Positions 16,160 through 25,292 are shown, counted from the first letter of the stretch. The stretch: DNA of 39,540 bases from a virus (IMGVR_UViG_3300019124_000017:1-39540), one strand, 5' to 3'. The notes: generated by a model not told the origin, from the letters alone. Program-made: numbers and translations.

Positions 16160-16800
16160 CAGGCTGCACCCTTGAGCACCCAGCCGTCGACGGTGATGCC
16201 GATTTGCCCGCTGGCCAGCTGGCCAGCCGCGACCGACTCACCCGGCACCGACGGCACCCCGCCAAAGACACGCACGGAGCCATCCGCCAGGGTGATGCGG
16301 TACACCTGTGCCACCTGGCGGCGGGCAGCGCTCTCGATCGCATCCATGACCGCTGTGTTGAAGGTCTGGTTGCGAATGTCGATGGTGACGTCTTGCGCGC
16401 TCAACAGGCCGTTGATGTTGCGTTTCTTGACGTCCTGCAGGCGGGTGTCGTCCAGTTTGTCGGCCTCGCCGCCGCCAATGGCATAGCCGGCCGCCTCGGC
16501 GAGCGTGCCCCAGGTGGCCACCGGAGTGAAGGTGCCGGCCGTGAAGGTGGTGTAGTCGGTGGTGTCCAGCCCCTGCAGTTCAAAGGAGTTGGTCGCCTGG
16601 TTGTAGACCCGGGACACCTGCCCGTCCAGCTCCACCATGCCAGCGCTGACGGCCCAGCGGCCCACGGTGCCGTTGGTCATGGCGTGCGCCGAGCTGGTGG
16701 CCACGCCGGGCATGGCTTTGGTGACGGCGGTCACCGTCTTGACGGTGCCGAACGTGAGGGCAACTTCGATCCGGCAGTTGCGGCCGATTGCGGTGGGCAT
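16159..16800 (-). CDS. Major tail (tube) protein.
   Basis: 213 aa, in the position upstream of the chaperones. AAAGGAG RBS. Beta-rich sequence. Confidence 0.75.
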   Translation of the reverse strand: MPTAIGRNCRIEVALTFGTVKTVTAVTKAMPGVATSSAHAMTNGTVGRWAVSAGMVELDGQVSRVYNQATNSFELQGLDTTDYTTFTAGTFTPVATWGTLAEAAGYAIGGGEADKLDDTRLQDVKKRNINGLLSAQDVTIDIRNQTFNTAVMDAIESAARRQVAQVYRITLADGSVRVFGGVPSVPGESVAAGQLASGQIGITVDGWVLKGAA

Positions 16801-16842
16801 GAAATGCTCCTTTCAAAGCACAGTGCCGGCGCGCCGGCGGTT

Positions 16843-16871
16843 AGAAATGAAAAGGCCACCAGAAGGTGGCC
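16843..16871 (-). terminator. Intrinsic-terminator-like hairpin between the tail-completion gene and the major tail gene.
   Basis: The minus strand reads GGCCACC-TTCT-GGTGGCC followed by TTTTCATTTCT. Confidence 0.55.
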
Positions 16872-16898
16872 CGTTGAGAAGAAGGAAGGCGGGAGGCG

Positions 16899-17258
16899 CT
16901 ACTGCCACCACTCGATGGACAGGGACACGCAGTCGAGGCCGGTCTCGGCGTCGTGTGCGTCTGCACGCTCAAGCACCGTCGCGCCGCGGATCGCCCCAGC
17001 GCCGGAAAGGGCGGCCACCACCTCATCGGCAACAGCATCCGCGCCGGAGGCGGTGCGAGCCCAGCATTGCACCGAGAACGTGACTTGATCGGCGTGCAGC
17101 TCGCCGTTCAACCCATAGACCGGCGCGTGCACCGAGGCATAGACGACAAAGGCGCTTGGCCCCTGCTGGATGGCATTGCGAGCGATGTGGCCGCCGACCA
17201 AGGCGGCCAGCGGCGCGTGGCCGCTCAGCAGGGCATGGAACTCGGACTCGGCGCTCAC
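16899..17258 (-). CDS. Tail completion/terminator protein (DUF3168-like).
   Basis: 119 aa. Position and size fit the gene between the gp10-like protein and the major tail protein. Confidence 0.6.
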   Translation of the reverse strand: MSAESEFHALLSGHAPLAALVGGHIARNAIQQGPSAFVVYASVHAPVYGLNGELHADQVTFSVQCWARTASGADAVADEVVAALSGAGAIRGATVLERADAHDAETGLDCVSLSIEWWQ

Positions 17259-17737
17259 AGGGCATCCTTCCTGGCATTCAGCCGCTGGATTTGCGGGCCG
17301 ATCGTGGCCTTGAATTTGTCCAGGGCCTGGCCGAGCTTTTGCGCGGCGCCTTGCAGCATTCCCACCCCCGGCAGCTTTGATGTGCCGAACTCAAGGAACC
17401 GCCAGTAAAACGGGTCGTCCTTGCTCTTTGCACCGCGCAGCGCGGCCTTTGCCGGGCGCACGTTGACGAACACGCCGACGTCCCCCGCCCGGCGCGCGAG
17501 CTTGCTGGTGCGCACACTGATGGCCTTACGCACCGTGCCGGGCTTGCGGTAGGGTGCGCGGGCCGCGTTCGTGGGCGACAGCACCGGGGTGCGCGCCCGG
17601 GCGTCCTTTTGAACGATGCGCGCCCCGGCGGCGAGGGCGTTGCGAAGTGCACGCACGCGCAGTTTTGAAGGCAGCGATCTCAGCGCCTCGCGGTAGTCAG
17701 GAAGGCCGTGCACCTTCGCCTGGATCTCATCGGCCAT
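17255..17737 (-). CDS. HK97 gp10-family head-tail joining protein.
   Basis: MADEIQAKVHGLPDYREALRSLP...FYWRFLEFGTSK. Start at the ATG at 17737; the longer tracked ORF is rejected. Confidence 0.7.
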   Translation of the reverse strand: MADEIQAKVHGLPDYREALRSLPSKLRVRALRNALAAGARIVQKDARARTPVLSPTNAARAPYRKPGTVRKAISVRTSKLARRAGDVGVFVNVRPAKAALRGAKSKDDPFYWRFLEFGTSKLPGVGMLQGAAQKLGQALDKFKATIGPQIQRLNARKDAL

Positions 17738-18080
17738 CGCGCACCCCTTGTGTGCAGCGCAGCTCGAGCAGCGCCCGCCCACCATCGACGTCCACCGGCT
17801 GGCCAATGATCTCGAAGGGCTGGCCGCGCCACAGCACGCGCATGTCTGCCGTGACGTCAGCACGCCAGCGGATGGTGAACTTGGCGTCGAGCGTGGCTTG
17901 CAGCTGGTCCGCCGCTGCAAAGTCGCGCCCGGCGCCGGGGCTGACCGCGGCCCACACGGTGGGCTGCGTCGGCAGGTTCTCCCAGGTTTCAGCACGCTGG
18001 CCAAAGCCGGCGCTGCCAGCCACGCGGCGCTGCAGGGTGATGCGTTGGTCAAACCGGCCAGCAGGCAGCGACGTTGTCAT
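17727..18080 (-). CDS. Head-tail adaptor (head closure protein).
   Basis: 117 aa. GRFDQRITLQRR...VWAAV.P..GRDF...FTIRWR pattern. Confidence 0.7.
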   Translation of the reverse strand: MTTSLPAGRFDQRITLQRRVAGSAGFGQRAETWENLPTQPTVWAAVSPGAGRDFAAADQLQATLDAKFTIRWRADVTADMRVLWRGQPFEIIGQPVDVDGGRALLELRCTQGVRDGR

Positions 18081-18637
18081 GCATACACCCGATAGGCATC
18101 CAGCAGCGCGCCGACGTGCGGCAGCGTCTGCAGCTTCTCAGTGCCGCTGGCCTCGCGGTTGCGGTAGTAGTGGCCCACGTGCAGCAGGATCCACAGGCGC
18201 AGCGGCTCGGGCACCGCGGCGCCGGTGGCCCCGTAGCCGGCGCGGTACTGCACGCGCACGGCGTTGGGCTGCTCGCGCGTGGCAGGCCAGGCGGCGCCGG
18301 GCGCGGGCACCAGCCAGCCGGGTTCCGACGCGGTGTCCACCTGGTAGTCCTGCGGCGCCAGGGTGTAGGCCTGGCCATCGGGCGCGGTGTATTCCACGCT
18401 GTCGACGGCCAGCAGCGGTGGGTGCTCGAGGCGAATCGCGTCAGGGAAGCCGTCTAGGTGCTGCTCCCACGTGGTTTCGACGAGGGTGCGCTGCACCTGC
18501 TCCTCGCAGGCGGTGCGGGCGGCCACGATCAGGGCCTGCACGAGGGCGTCCTCGTCGGTGCCGTCAATGCGGTTCCAGGCTTTCGCTTCGGCCAGGCTCA
18601 CGGGCTCGACGGCCGGCGGGGTGATGCGACGGGGCAT
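18077..18637 (-). CDS. gp6-like head-tail connector protein.
   Basis: 186 aa. VSLAEAKAWNRIDGTDEDALVQALIVAARTACEEQVQRTL is the typical N-terminus. Confidence 0.7.
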   Translation of the reverse strand: MPRRITPPAVEPVSLAEAKAWNRIDGTDEDALVQALIVAARTACEEQVQRTLVETTWEQHLDGFPDAIRLEHPPLLAVDSVEYTAPDGQAYTLAPQDYQVDTASEPGWLVPAPGAAWPATREQPNAVRVQYRAGYGATGAAVPEPLRLWILLHVGHYYRNREASGTEKLQTLPHVGALLDAYRVYA

Positions 18638-18643
18638 GGCGGA

Positions 18644-19171
18644 CTACCTTGCACGGCGCCGGGGCGCGGCTTGTTGGCTGCGCGCGCCCATGGCGGGGGT
18701 TGTTCTGACAGTGACGGCCTGCTGCGGCCGCACGGACACCACGGCGCCGGGGACGAAGCCCGCACCGGCCTGCGCACGGGCGAGCAGGCGCACCCGCAGC
18801 GACGGCACACCAAACGCAGAGGCCGAGAGCACAGCGGCAGGAGCCACCGGCACCCCCTGCAGCCCGACGACCAGCGGCGCGCCACACGCCGACACAGCGG
18901 AGATGGCGGGCGCCTGCACTTGCGCCAGCTGCAGACGGACGATGGACGGCCCACCGACCAGCGCCGTCGAGCCCAGCGATCCGACCTGAAGGGCCGCGAC
19001 GCTGGTGCGCAGGATTGCCGGCGCCCCGAACGCCGCCGACGACGACAGGCCCGCGGGCGAGGCCTGTGCACGCCAGGCGACGGCGGGCGACCCCACCGCC
19101 GAGGCCGCCGGAACGCCCTGCGGGTAGACCTCGGCCGTGAGCGCCGATTGCAGGAGAAGCAGCAGCATCAC
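18644..19171 (-). CDS. Ala/Ser/Pro-rich repeat protein with about 6 degenerate units of the type S.SAFG.P.L.
   Basis: 175 aa. The start overlaps the upstream stop (GTG at 19171 or ATG at 19168). It is the only operon-strand ORF in this interval. Confidence 0.5.
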   Translation of the reverse strand: MMLLLLLQSALTAEVYPQGVPAASAVGSPAVAWRAQASPAGLSSSAAFGAPAILRTSVAALQVGSLGSTALVGGPSIVRLQLAQVQAPAISAVSACGAPLVVGLQGVPVAPAAVLSASAFGVPSLRVRLLARAQAGAGFVPGAVVSVRPQQAVTVRTTPAMGARSQQAAPRRRAR

Positions 19172-21069
19172 GCGAAGAAGAAGGCGCCGCTGACGTCGTT
19201 GGCGGCCAGGCCGGTGCTGGTGTTGTCGGTCAGGCCCTTGGCCGACGTGACGCTGTAGGTCATCGCCGTGGCGAAACCGATGCCGCCGGGAAGGTTGACG
19301 TCGCTGCGCCCGCCTGCGGGAATGTCGATCGTGAAGCTGGCCGAAGTCGTCCCCAGCGTGGGCGCGGTGGCGTTGAACACCTTCACGCTGCGAACACCGC
19401 TGGAGCTGTTCTGCAGTTGCCAGCCGATCAAGCGGCCCGCGCTGGCTTTGATGGTCGCAGCGGCGGGGGTGGCGGGCGATTGCACCGCCACAAACGAGGC
19501 GGCGCCCGTGGCGTTGGCACGGTATTGCACGCCCACATCGCCAATCGCGTTGGTGCTGGCTGCCGCCGTTACGGTGCCGGAGACGGGCTGCGTGCCCACT
19601 GACGGCGCGATCGGCTGATCGGCGCCCGACAGGTTGATCGCCGTCGTGCCGCCCGTGGTGGCCGTGGTCAACCGCAGCCTGAAGTACCTGGCCGCCACGT
19701 TGACCTGCCGCAGGATCGAGCCCGCGTTGAACGTCGTGCTGGACGCGCCGGCCTGGTCATACAGCGTCGCGGTGACCACGTTGGCGAAGTCGGGCGTGCT
19801 TGACCATTGCGCGGTCACCACCCCGCTCGTGCCCATGCTCACGCAATGGATCATCAGCGCTCGCAGCTGCGAGCAGTCGACCACGATCAGGTCGGTGTTG
19901 ATCGCAATGGCACCGGCCTGGGAGTAGGTGACGGTGGTCAACGGCGGGACGGCGGCGACGATGCGCTCGGTTTCCGAGAAGATCCCCACCTCGACCTTGT
20001 TGTGGTTCTTGGTGGTGATGTAGTCCACCGTCACGGTGGTGGAGCTGGCCGCGGCGCCGGTGTTCTCGCAGTCAATGGCCGAGGCCATGATGTCGTAAGC
20101 CGCCGGGATGACCCGGGTGTGCTCGGCGACCTGCACGCCGTTGACGAAGAACTTCACCGCCTCGGTCATCTGCTCGATTCGATACTCGAGCATGTTCGTC
20201 GTCGCCATCGGCGCCGGCAGCGTGACGGTGTAGCTTTCAACTTCGCCGCCGGCCGGCCCGGTCGTCGGGTTGCGCCCGGTCTCGGTGATCACGGTGGTGG
20301 CGTTGGTGCCGTCCAGCCGGAACCTGCAGTACCAACGCGGGTTGGCGCTGCGCTTCTCACGCAGGCCAATGTTGAAGCGCTGGTTGGCGATGCGCTGGCT
20401 GACCTGCACACGCTGCCGGCTGATCAGCGGCGAATAGTCCACCTCTCGCTCGAGCAGCGTCAACGAACCGGAGGTGGTGCCCGTGGTGATCACCGCATTG
20501 CCGCCGCTGACGGTGATGGAACCGCCGGAGCCGGTCTGCGGGCGCACCTGCGCGCGGCTGGCCGCGCCGGTGCCAGGCGTGCCGCGGTAGGGCTCGGTCA
20601 GGTAGATGGTCTCGTCGTCACCGATGCCGGCAATCTGCGTCCATGCCGATTCCGGGTCAGCGTCCAGCTTGAAGTAGTCCCGCAGGCTGGCAGCGCTGGC
20701 TGCAAAGCCGGTACCTGTGACCACATCGTCGGCCACCGTGCAGGTGCCGATCGGCACCGCCAACGAGGCGTTGGCGAAGTTAACCCGGTAGGTGCCTTCG
20801 TCCGTCAACACCGCGCCACGCACGGACAACGCGCCGCCCGGGTCCGTGCTCAACTCGGCGCGGTCAGCGCCGGGAGGCGCCCCATAGCTGGGCCAGTAGG
20901 CCACCTGCGTGGCCTTGAGCTTGAACGGGTACGGCGTTTCTTCCGTCACCTCCGTGGCCACGCCCTCCTCTCCATAAGCGAGCTTCGCCCGCTGAAAAAG
21001 GCTGCCCCCGACGTTGTCGCCAGCCACCGCGGTGCCGGTGGCTGGAAGTGCTGGGTTGGTGTAGGCCAT
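19168..21069 (-). CDS. Large unknown virion-type protein, beta-rich, with jelly-roll-like C-terminal domains.
   Basis: 633 aa, operon-coupled, with Thr/Ser/Gly/Val-rich composition typical of fibre or receptor-binding proteins. Confidence 0.6.
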   Translation of the reverse strand: MAYTNPALPATGTAVAGDNVGGSLFQRAKLAYGEEGVATEVTEETPYPFKLKATQVAYWPSYGAPPGADRAELSTDPGGALSVRGAVLTDEGTYRVNFANASLAVPIGTCTVADDVVTGTGFAASAASLRDYFKLDADPESAWTQIAGIGDDETIYLTEPYRGTPGTGAASRAQVRPQTGSGGSITVSGGNAVITTGTTSGSLTLLEREVDYSPLISRQRVQVSQRIANQRFNIGLREKRSANPRWYCRFRLDGTNATTVITETGRNPTTGPAGGEVESYTVTLPAPMATTNMLEYRIEQMTEAVKFFVNGVQVAEHTRVIPAAYDIMASAIDCENTGAAASSTTVTVDYITTKNHNKVEVGIFSETERIVAAVPPLTTVTYSQAGAIAINTDLIVVDCSQLRALMIHCVSMGTSGVVTAQWSSTPDFANVVTATLYDQAGASSTTFNAGSILRQVNVAARYFRLRLTTATTGGTTAINLSGADQPIAPSVGTQPVSGTVTAAASTNAIGDVGVQYRANATGAASFVAVQSPATPAAATIKASAGRLIGWQLQNSSSGVRSVKVFNATAPTLGTTSASFTIDIPAGGRSDVNLPGGIGFATAMTYSVTSAKGLTDNTSTGLAANDVSGAFFFA

Positions 21070-21076
21070 TGCGTGC

Positions 21077-21487
21077 TCAGAGCCTGAAGATCTTGTCCGC
21101 GCCGGTGTCCCAGGTCACATCCACCTGCGTGGCACCTGCCGCCACAGGCAGGCCGGAGGCGGTGTCAATGAAGGCCACCAGCGGCGAGGTGGCCTCGCTG
21201 CCGCTGTCCACATAGATCACGATGGCCTCGATCGACGGCGCCGAGGTGAGGCCGGTGAAGCTGGGGTTGGTGGTGCTGCTGAACACACCATCGGTCACCG
21301 ACTTGCCGGCGAGCGTGACGGCGCTACCGACGCGGGCGCCGGCTGAAATGGAACTCAGAAACTCATGCGCCCCCGAGTAGGTATAGGCGCCGGTGTCGAC
21401 GAGGATCGCGCGCACGGTGCCCGCCAACAGGTTGCCGCCACCGGCGAGACAGCGCTCTTTGAACTTTGGGTACAGGGCGTTCGCCAT
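21077..21487 (-). CDS. Small unknown structural-type protein.
   Basis: 136 aa (MANALYPKFKERCLAGGGNLLAGTVRAILVD...). GGAGG RBS. Confidence 0.6.
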   Translation of the reverse strand: MANALYPKFKERCLAGGGNLLAGTVRAILVDTGAYTYSGAHEFLSSISAGARVGSAVTLAGKSVTDGVFSSTTNPSFTGLTSAPSIEAIVIYVDSGSEATSPLVAFIDTASGLPVAAGATQVDVTWDTGADKIFRL

Positions 21488-21500
21488 GAAGGGCCTCCGG

Positions 21501-23330
21501 TTAGGCGGTCTGCAGCACCTGCTGCGCTTGCGCGTTGCGGTACTCCGAATCGTTGGCGTAGGACTTCCAGCCGGTGTTCACGGCGCAGCTGAGCGACCCC
21601 ACCGGCACCTTGAGTCGACTGCTGCCGTTGAACGTCGCGTTCTGCATGCCGCCGATCTCGGTGTTGTTGATGAGGCGCACGGCGTTCGCGCAGCTGTTGC
21701 GCGTGTCGATCTGCACCGCCACACCCACCTCGCCGGGCGACGACCCGCGACGGAACAGGCAGTTCGCCACCGTCACCGATTGGTTGGCCGTGGGGACCGC
21801 GTCGGTAGTGACCGCAACCGCCGGCCCCATTGGCGCGTCGAACTCACAGTCGACCACCGCCAGGTGGCCGAACTGCACGTTTGCGCCGCTGTTGTAAATC
21901 GCAAGGCACTGCGCGTCCCACCATTTGCCGTCAGCGAGCGCGTTGCCGTAGTTGCGCGTCTGTCCGCCGAAGCGGCTGGTGTAGCTCGTCACCAAGCCGC
22001 TGTTGTTCGCCGCATTGCGGGCGGCCGGGATCATCGGCAGGCGGTTGAAACTCTTGTAATTGCGCACAAACCCGGAGCCATGGATTTGATCGGGGGCGCG
22101 CATGTTGTAGACCCGGCCGCCGATATCCAGGCCGGTCAGGCTGGTACCCGTGCCGTTGAACGCGAACGCGCGGGAATACTGCTGCCCAGCGCCGTCGAAC
22201 AGGAACTCAGGCTCGACGGTCAGCCCGTGGATGTACCCCGCGCCGCCGACGCCGCGGGCGATCGCCGAGTGGTTGGCGCCACGGATGTGAGCCTGCAGGC
22301 CGCTGCTGCTCTTGGCAGCGAAGCGGATGTTGCGCACGCATGCGTTGGTGCCGAACTGCACCAGGTCGTTGAACCCGCCGTTGTGGTGCCCGCTCTCGAA
22401 CGGGTAGAACGGCCGCTCCTTGATGAGCGCGTCGATGCGGGGCGCCAGCGTGCAGTTCTGCAGTTCGGCGGTCGTGTTGAGCGGGCCCTCGTTGACGGCG
22501 ACCGTCGGGCGATACGGCGAGGTCGCCAGAATCTGCGGCTCGAATCGCCAATTGCTGCCACCGTTCAAGCGGAAGGCGTACTGCCCGCCGCCCAGGCATT
22601 TGATGGTGTCGTCCAGCGTCCAGTTGTCCAGGCCCTGAATGCGCATGAAGTTGTGGAAGCCCTCTTGCGTCAACACAGCGATGCCGCCCCACACCGTCGC
22701 CGGGTTGCCCTTCGGGCTGTAGAGGTACAGCGTGCGCATGGCGGCGAACGACGTCGGCGTCGTGTCGCTCGTGCCCCATGTGTTGCCGCTGTCGACCTGC
22801 GTCCAGGCGTGCGATTCGTTGTCGCCCAGCGTGGCGTAGCTGGCCGCCTCGAACAGTTCGTTGTCCGGGTCGAGCACAGCCAGCCGCTTGTCGGTCAACG
22901 CCGTGGCGCACCGCCACACGCGCACTGCTTTGTTCGACAGGCCCGCGGTCACGAACGTCGTGCTGGTGCGCCAGATTCCGCCGCCCAGGTCCGTGAAGTC
23001 GGCCGTGCTGGTCAGCGTGCGAATGTCGCTGAAATGCCAGTTCGCGGTGGGGTCGTACGCGGTGATCAGGATGCCGTTGGCGCACTGCACGCTGATCGTC
23101 GCGTTGGCTGCGACGTTGTTGTTCGTGAAGTTGCCGAAGTAGCCAAACGCGCCGTTCGAGCTGAAGTCGAACGCATCCACGAAGATGCGCACCGTGTCGT
23201 TGATGCCCGGCGGGTTCTCCGACGCGATCAGCTGGTTCATCTTCGGCCAGGTCTGCACGCGGTTCGCGTAGCTCTGCCCGTTGTTGCTGTTGTTGCCGGT
23301 CGGGCCGATGTAGTAGTCCTTGAACGGCAT
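21501..23330 (-). CDS. Right-handed beta-helix (pectate-lyase-fold) protein, a putative polysaccharide depolymerase.
   Basis: 609 aa from MPFKDYYIGPTGNNSNNGQSYANR. It has many Asn/Gly-rich coils (NNTEIGG, VANCLF, VVDCEF). The ATG at 23330 lies 1 nt after the upstream stop. Confidence 0.6.
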   Translation of the reverse strand: MPFKDYYIGPTGNNSNNGQSYANRVQTWPKMNQLIASENPPGINDTVRIFVDAFDFSSNGAFGYFGNFTNNNVAANATISVQCANGILITAYDPTANWHFSDIRTLTSTADFTDLGGGIWRTSTTFVTAGLSNKAVRVWRCATALTDKRLAVLDPDNELFEAASYATLGDNESHAWTQVDSGNTWGTSDTTPTSFAAMRTLYLYSPKGNPATVWGGIAVLTQEGFHNFMRIQGLDNWTLDDTIKCLGGGQYAFRLNGGSNWRFEPQILATSPYRPTVAVNEGPLNTTAELQNCTLAPRIDALIKERPFYPFESGHHNGGFNDLVQFGTNACVRNIRFAAKSSSGLQAHIRGANHSAIARGVGGAGYIHGLTVEPEFLFDGAGQQYSRAFAFNGTGTSLTGLDIGGRVYNMRAPDQIHGSGFVRNYKSFNRLPMIPAARNAANNSGLVTSYTSRFGGQTRNYGNALADGKWWDAQCLAIYNSGANVQFGHLAVVDCEFDAPMGPAVAVTTDAVPTANQSVTVANCLFRRGSSPGEVGVAVQIDTRNSCANAVRLINNTEIGGMQNATFNGSSRLKVPVGSLSCAVNTGWKSYANDSEYRNAQAQQVLQTA

Positions 23331-23331
23331 G

Positions 23332-23778
23332 TCAGGCTCCCACCGCCACCGGCAGCGAGCCGGTGCCATTGAAGGCCGTGGTGCGCAGCGCCATCGCCGT
23401 CACCCCTGCGGGCTTGCGGAACCGGCGGCCGCTGCCGTCCGGGTAGAAGAAGAAGCCGAACACCTGGCCGTTGGAGGCGTCCTCCACCTGCACCGCGGCC
23501 TGCGCCACGCTGCCAGTGGGCAAGCCGATGCTCACCTGCAGCACACCCCCATCCGGCACGGCGGCCAGCGAGATCGGGGCGCCCAGGCCCGTGCCGCTGA
23601 TGGTTTGCGTGGCCAGCACGATGGTGGCGGTACCGCCTGCCAGTGCCGATTGGCCATCCATGCCAGCGCTGTAGTAACGCGCCAGGCCCAGCCCCACGAG
23701 GCGGGCTTCTTCGGCCGTGTCGAGCGTGTGGACGGAGTGGAACTCCAAGCCACCCCAGGAGGTGAGCATCTGGATCAT
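23332..23778 (-). CDS. Unknown protein in the head module.
   Basis: 148 aa, beta-rich, operon strand. Confidence 0.55.
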   Translation of the reverse strand: MIQMLTSWGGLEFHSVHTLDTAEEARLVGLGLARYYSAGMDGQSALAGGTATIVLATQTISGTGLGAPISLAAVPDGGVLQVSIGLPTGSVAQAAVQVEDASNGQVFGFFFYPDGSGRRFRKPAGVTAMALRTTAFNGTGSLPVAVGA

Positions 23779-23789
23779 GAGGGGGCCTT

Positions 23790-24005
23790 TCAGGAGGGAT
23801 TGCGGGTGCGCTTGCGCGGCGCGGGCACGGGCGCCGGCTCGGCCGGGGCGGGTGCCGGCGGCGCCGCGTCTGCGTAGACGGCGGCCTGCGCGTCCTCGAC
23901 GAAGTGGCGCGCCACGTCCTCGGGGAAGCGCGCGACGTCGCCCTCGCCGAAGCTGCCGTAGACCGTGCTCGCGGCGGTGCGAGTGAAGCGGATGGTGCGT
24001 TGCAT
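23790..24005 (-). CDS. Small unknown protein with a Pro/Ala-rich tail.
   Basis: 71 aa. GGAGCA lies 8 nt upstream of the ATG. Confidence 0.5.
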   Translation of the reverse strand: MQRTIRFTRTAASTVYGSFGEGDVARFPEDVARHFVEDAQAAVYADAAPPAPAPAEPAPVPAPRKRTRNPS

Positions 24006-24024
24006 GTGCGGTGCTCCAGAAACA

Positions 24025-24055
24025 CCACGGGGCCGCGGGTAAGGCGGCCCCGTGG
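24025..24055 (-). terminator. Perfect 12-bp stem-loop just downstream of the major capsid gene.
   Basis: CCACGGGGCCGC-7 nt-GCGGCCCCGTGG, followed on the minus strand by TGTTTCTGG. Confidence 0.55.
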
Positions 24056-24070
24056 GTCAGGGGTTGGCGG

Positions 24071-25225
24071 TTAGGCCGGGGTCAGGTCGCCGTAGCGAAC
24101 GGCGGCCGGGCGCTCCACAGCCAACATGCAGCGACGCTCAGCGCGGATGGTCACCAGGTTGCGCTGGAAGTTGTCGCCGTCGCTGTCGCTCAGCTCCACC
24201 ACCACGCCCTCGCGGTTGTAGAAGGTGGCCGCCATGGCCAGCGAGGCCACCAGCACGTTGTCGGCCGTGATGGCGTTGGACACGGCCACCGGCAGGCCCC
24301 ACAGGCGCGGCGTGCCTTCCTGCTTGGGGTCGCCGATCAGGTACCGGCCCTGGCTGTCCTTCAGCAGCTCGATCGCGGCCCAATCAGTCGGGTTGAGCAC
24401 GATCGCATCGGCGGGGAAGTCAGCCGCCCAGCAGTCACCGATGATCCGGCGGATCAGGTCCAGGCGGGTGGCCCCGGCGCCCAGCGCGGCGGCGGTGTAG
24501 CCGTGCGCGGTGAAGTTGCCGGCCTTGGTGAAGCCGCTCATGTTCGGCGCGGTGCCGTTGCCGTTGATGATCTGGTTTTCCACGCGCAGGTTGACGCCGT
24601 ACACCATGCGGGTGTTGATGTAGGCAGCCAGCGCGGCGTTGTCGTTGGCCAGCTGGCGGCTGATCTTGATCCAGTGGGCCACGGTGGCCACCGGCTCGGA
24701 GACGGGCGTGGTGGTGATCGAGCTTTCCGGCTTCAGGGATCCCTCGGCCGTTTCTGCCGCGGCATTGGTGAACACGTTTTCACGCACGTAGTCCACCGCG
24801 TTGCTGCTGGTGGGCAGCGAGGCCAGCAGCGCCTCGAGCGTGAGGTTACGGAAGGCCCCACCAACGATGCCGGGGCGGCGGTCGCTGTACGTGTTGCCAA
24901 CAGCGTTGGTGACCGTGTTCTTCAGTTCGGCGCGCGCCTTCTGCGCGTGGCCACCCGCGAATGCCTTGTAGGCTTCGCATTTGGTGAACAGCTGGCCCAG
25001 GCCTTCCTGGTCGGCCGACTGCGCCGGCGCGGTGAGGCCCTTTTGCTCCAGCTGCAGCAGGCGCTCGGCCAGCTCGCGCTGCTGGGTGCCCAGCGTGTCC
25101 ATCGCGGCCTTGGTGTCGGCGGTGACCTTGCCGAGGTTCTTCAGTTCGGCGTCGGCCTTGTCGGCCTGGGCTTTCAGGGCGGCCTCGATTGTGTCGAGGC
25201 CCTTCATCACTTGTTCGAGAGACAT
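24071..25225 (-). CDS. Major capsid protein, HK97 family.
   Basis: 384 aa. It has an N-terminal coiled delta-like region (MSLEQVMKGLDTIEAALKAQADK...) and then the HK97-fold pattern. Confidence 0.85.
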   Translation of the reverse strand: MSLEQVMKGLDTIEAALKAQADKADAELKNLGKVTADTKAAMDTLGTQQRELAERLLQLEQKGLTAPAQSADQEGLGQLFTKCEAYKAFAGGHAQKARAELKNTVTNAVGNTYSDRRPGIVGGAFRNLTLEALLASLPTSSNAVDYVRENVFTNAAAETAEGSLKPESSITTTPVSEPVATVAHWIKISRQLANDNAALAAYINTRMVYGVNLRVENQIINGNGTAPNMSGFTKAGNFTAHGYTAAALGAGATRLDLIRRIIGDCWAADFPADAIVLNPTDWAAIELLKDSQGRYLIGDPKQEGTPRLWGLPVAVSNAITADNVLVASLAMAATFYNREGVVVELSDSDGDNFQRNLVTIRAERRCMLAVERPAAVRYGDLTPA

Positions 25226-25292
25226 GGTGCGTTTCCTTTCGGGCAAAGAAAAAGCCGCCTCGAGGGCGGCTGACAGTGGCGGGATGCGCGCG

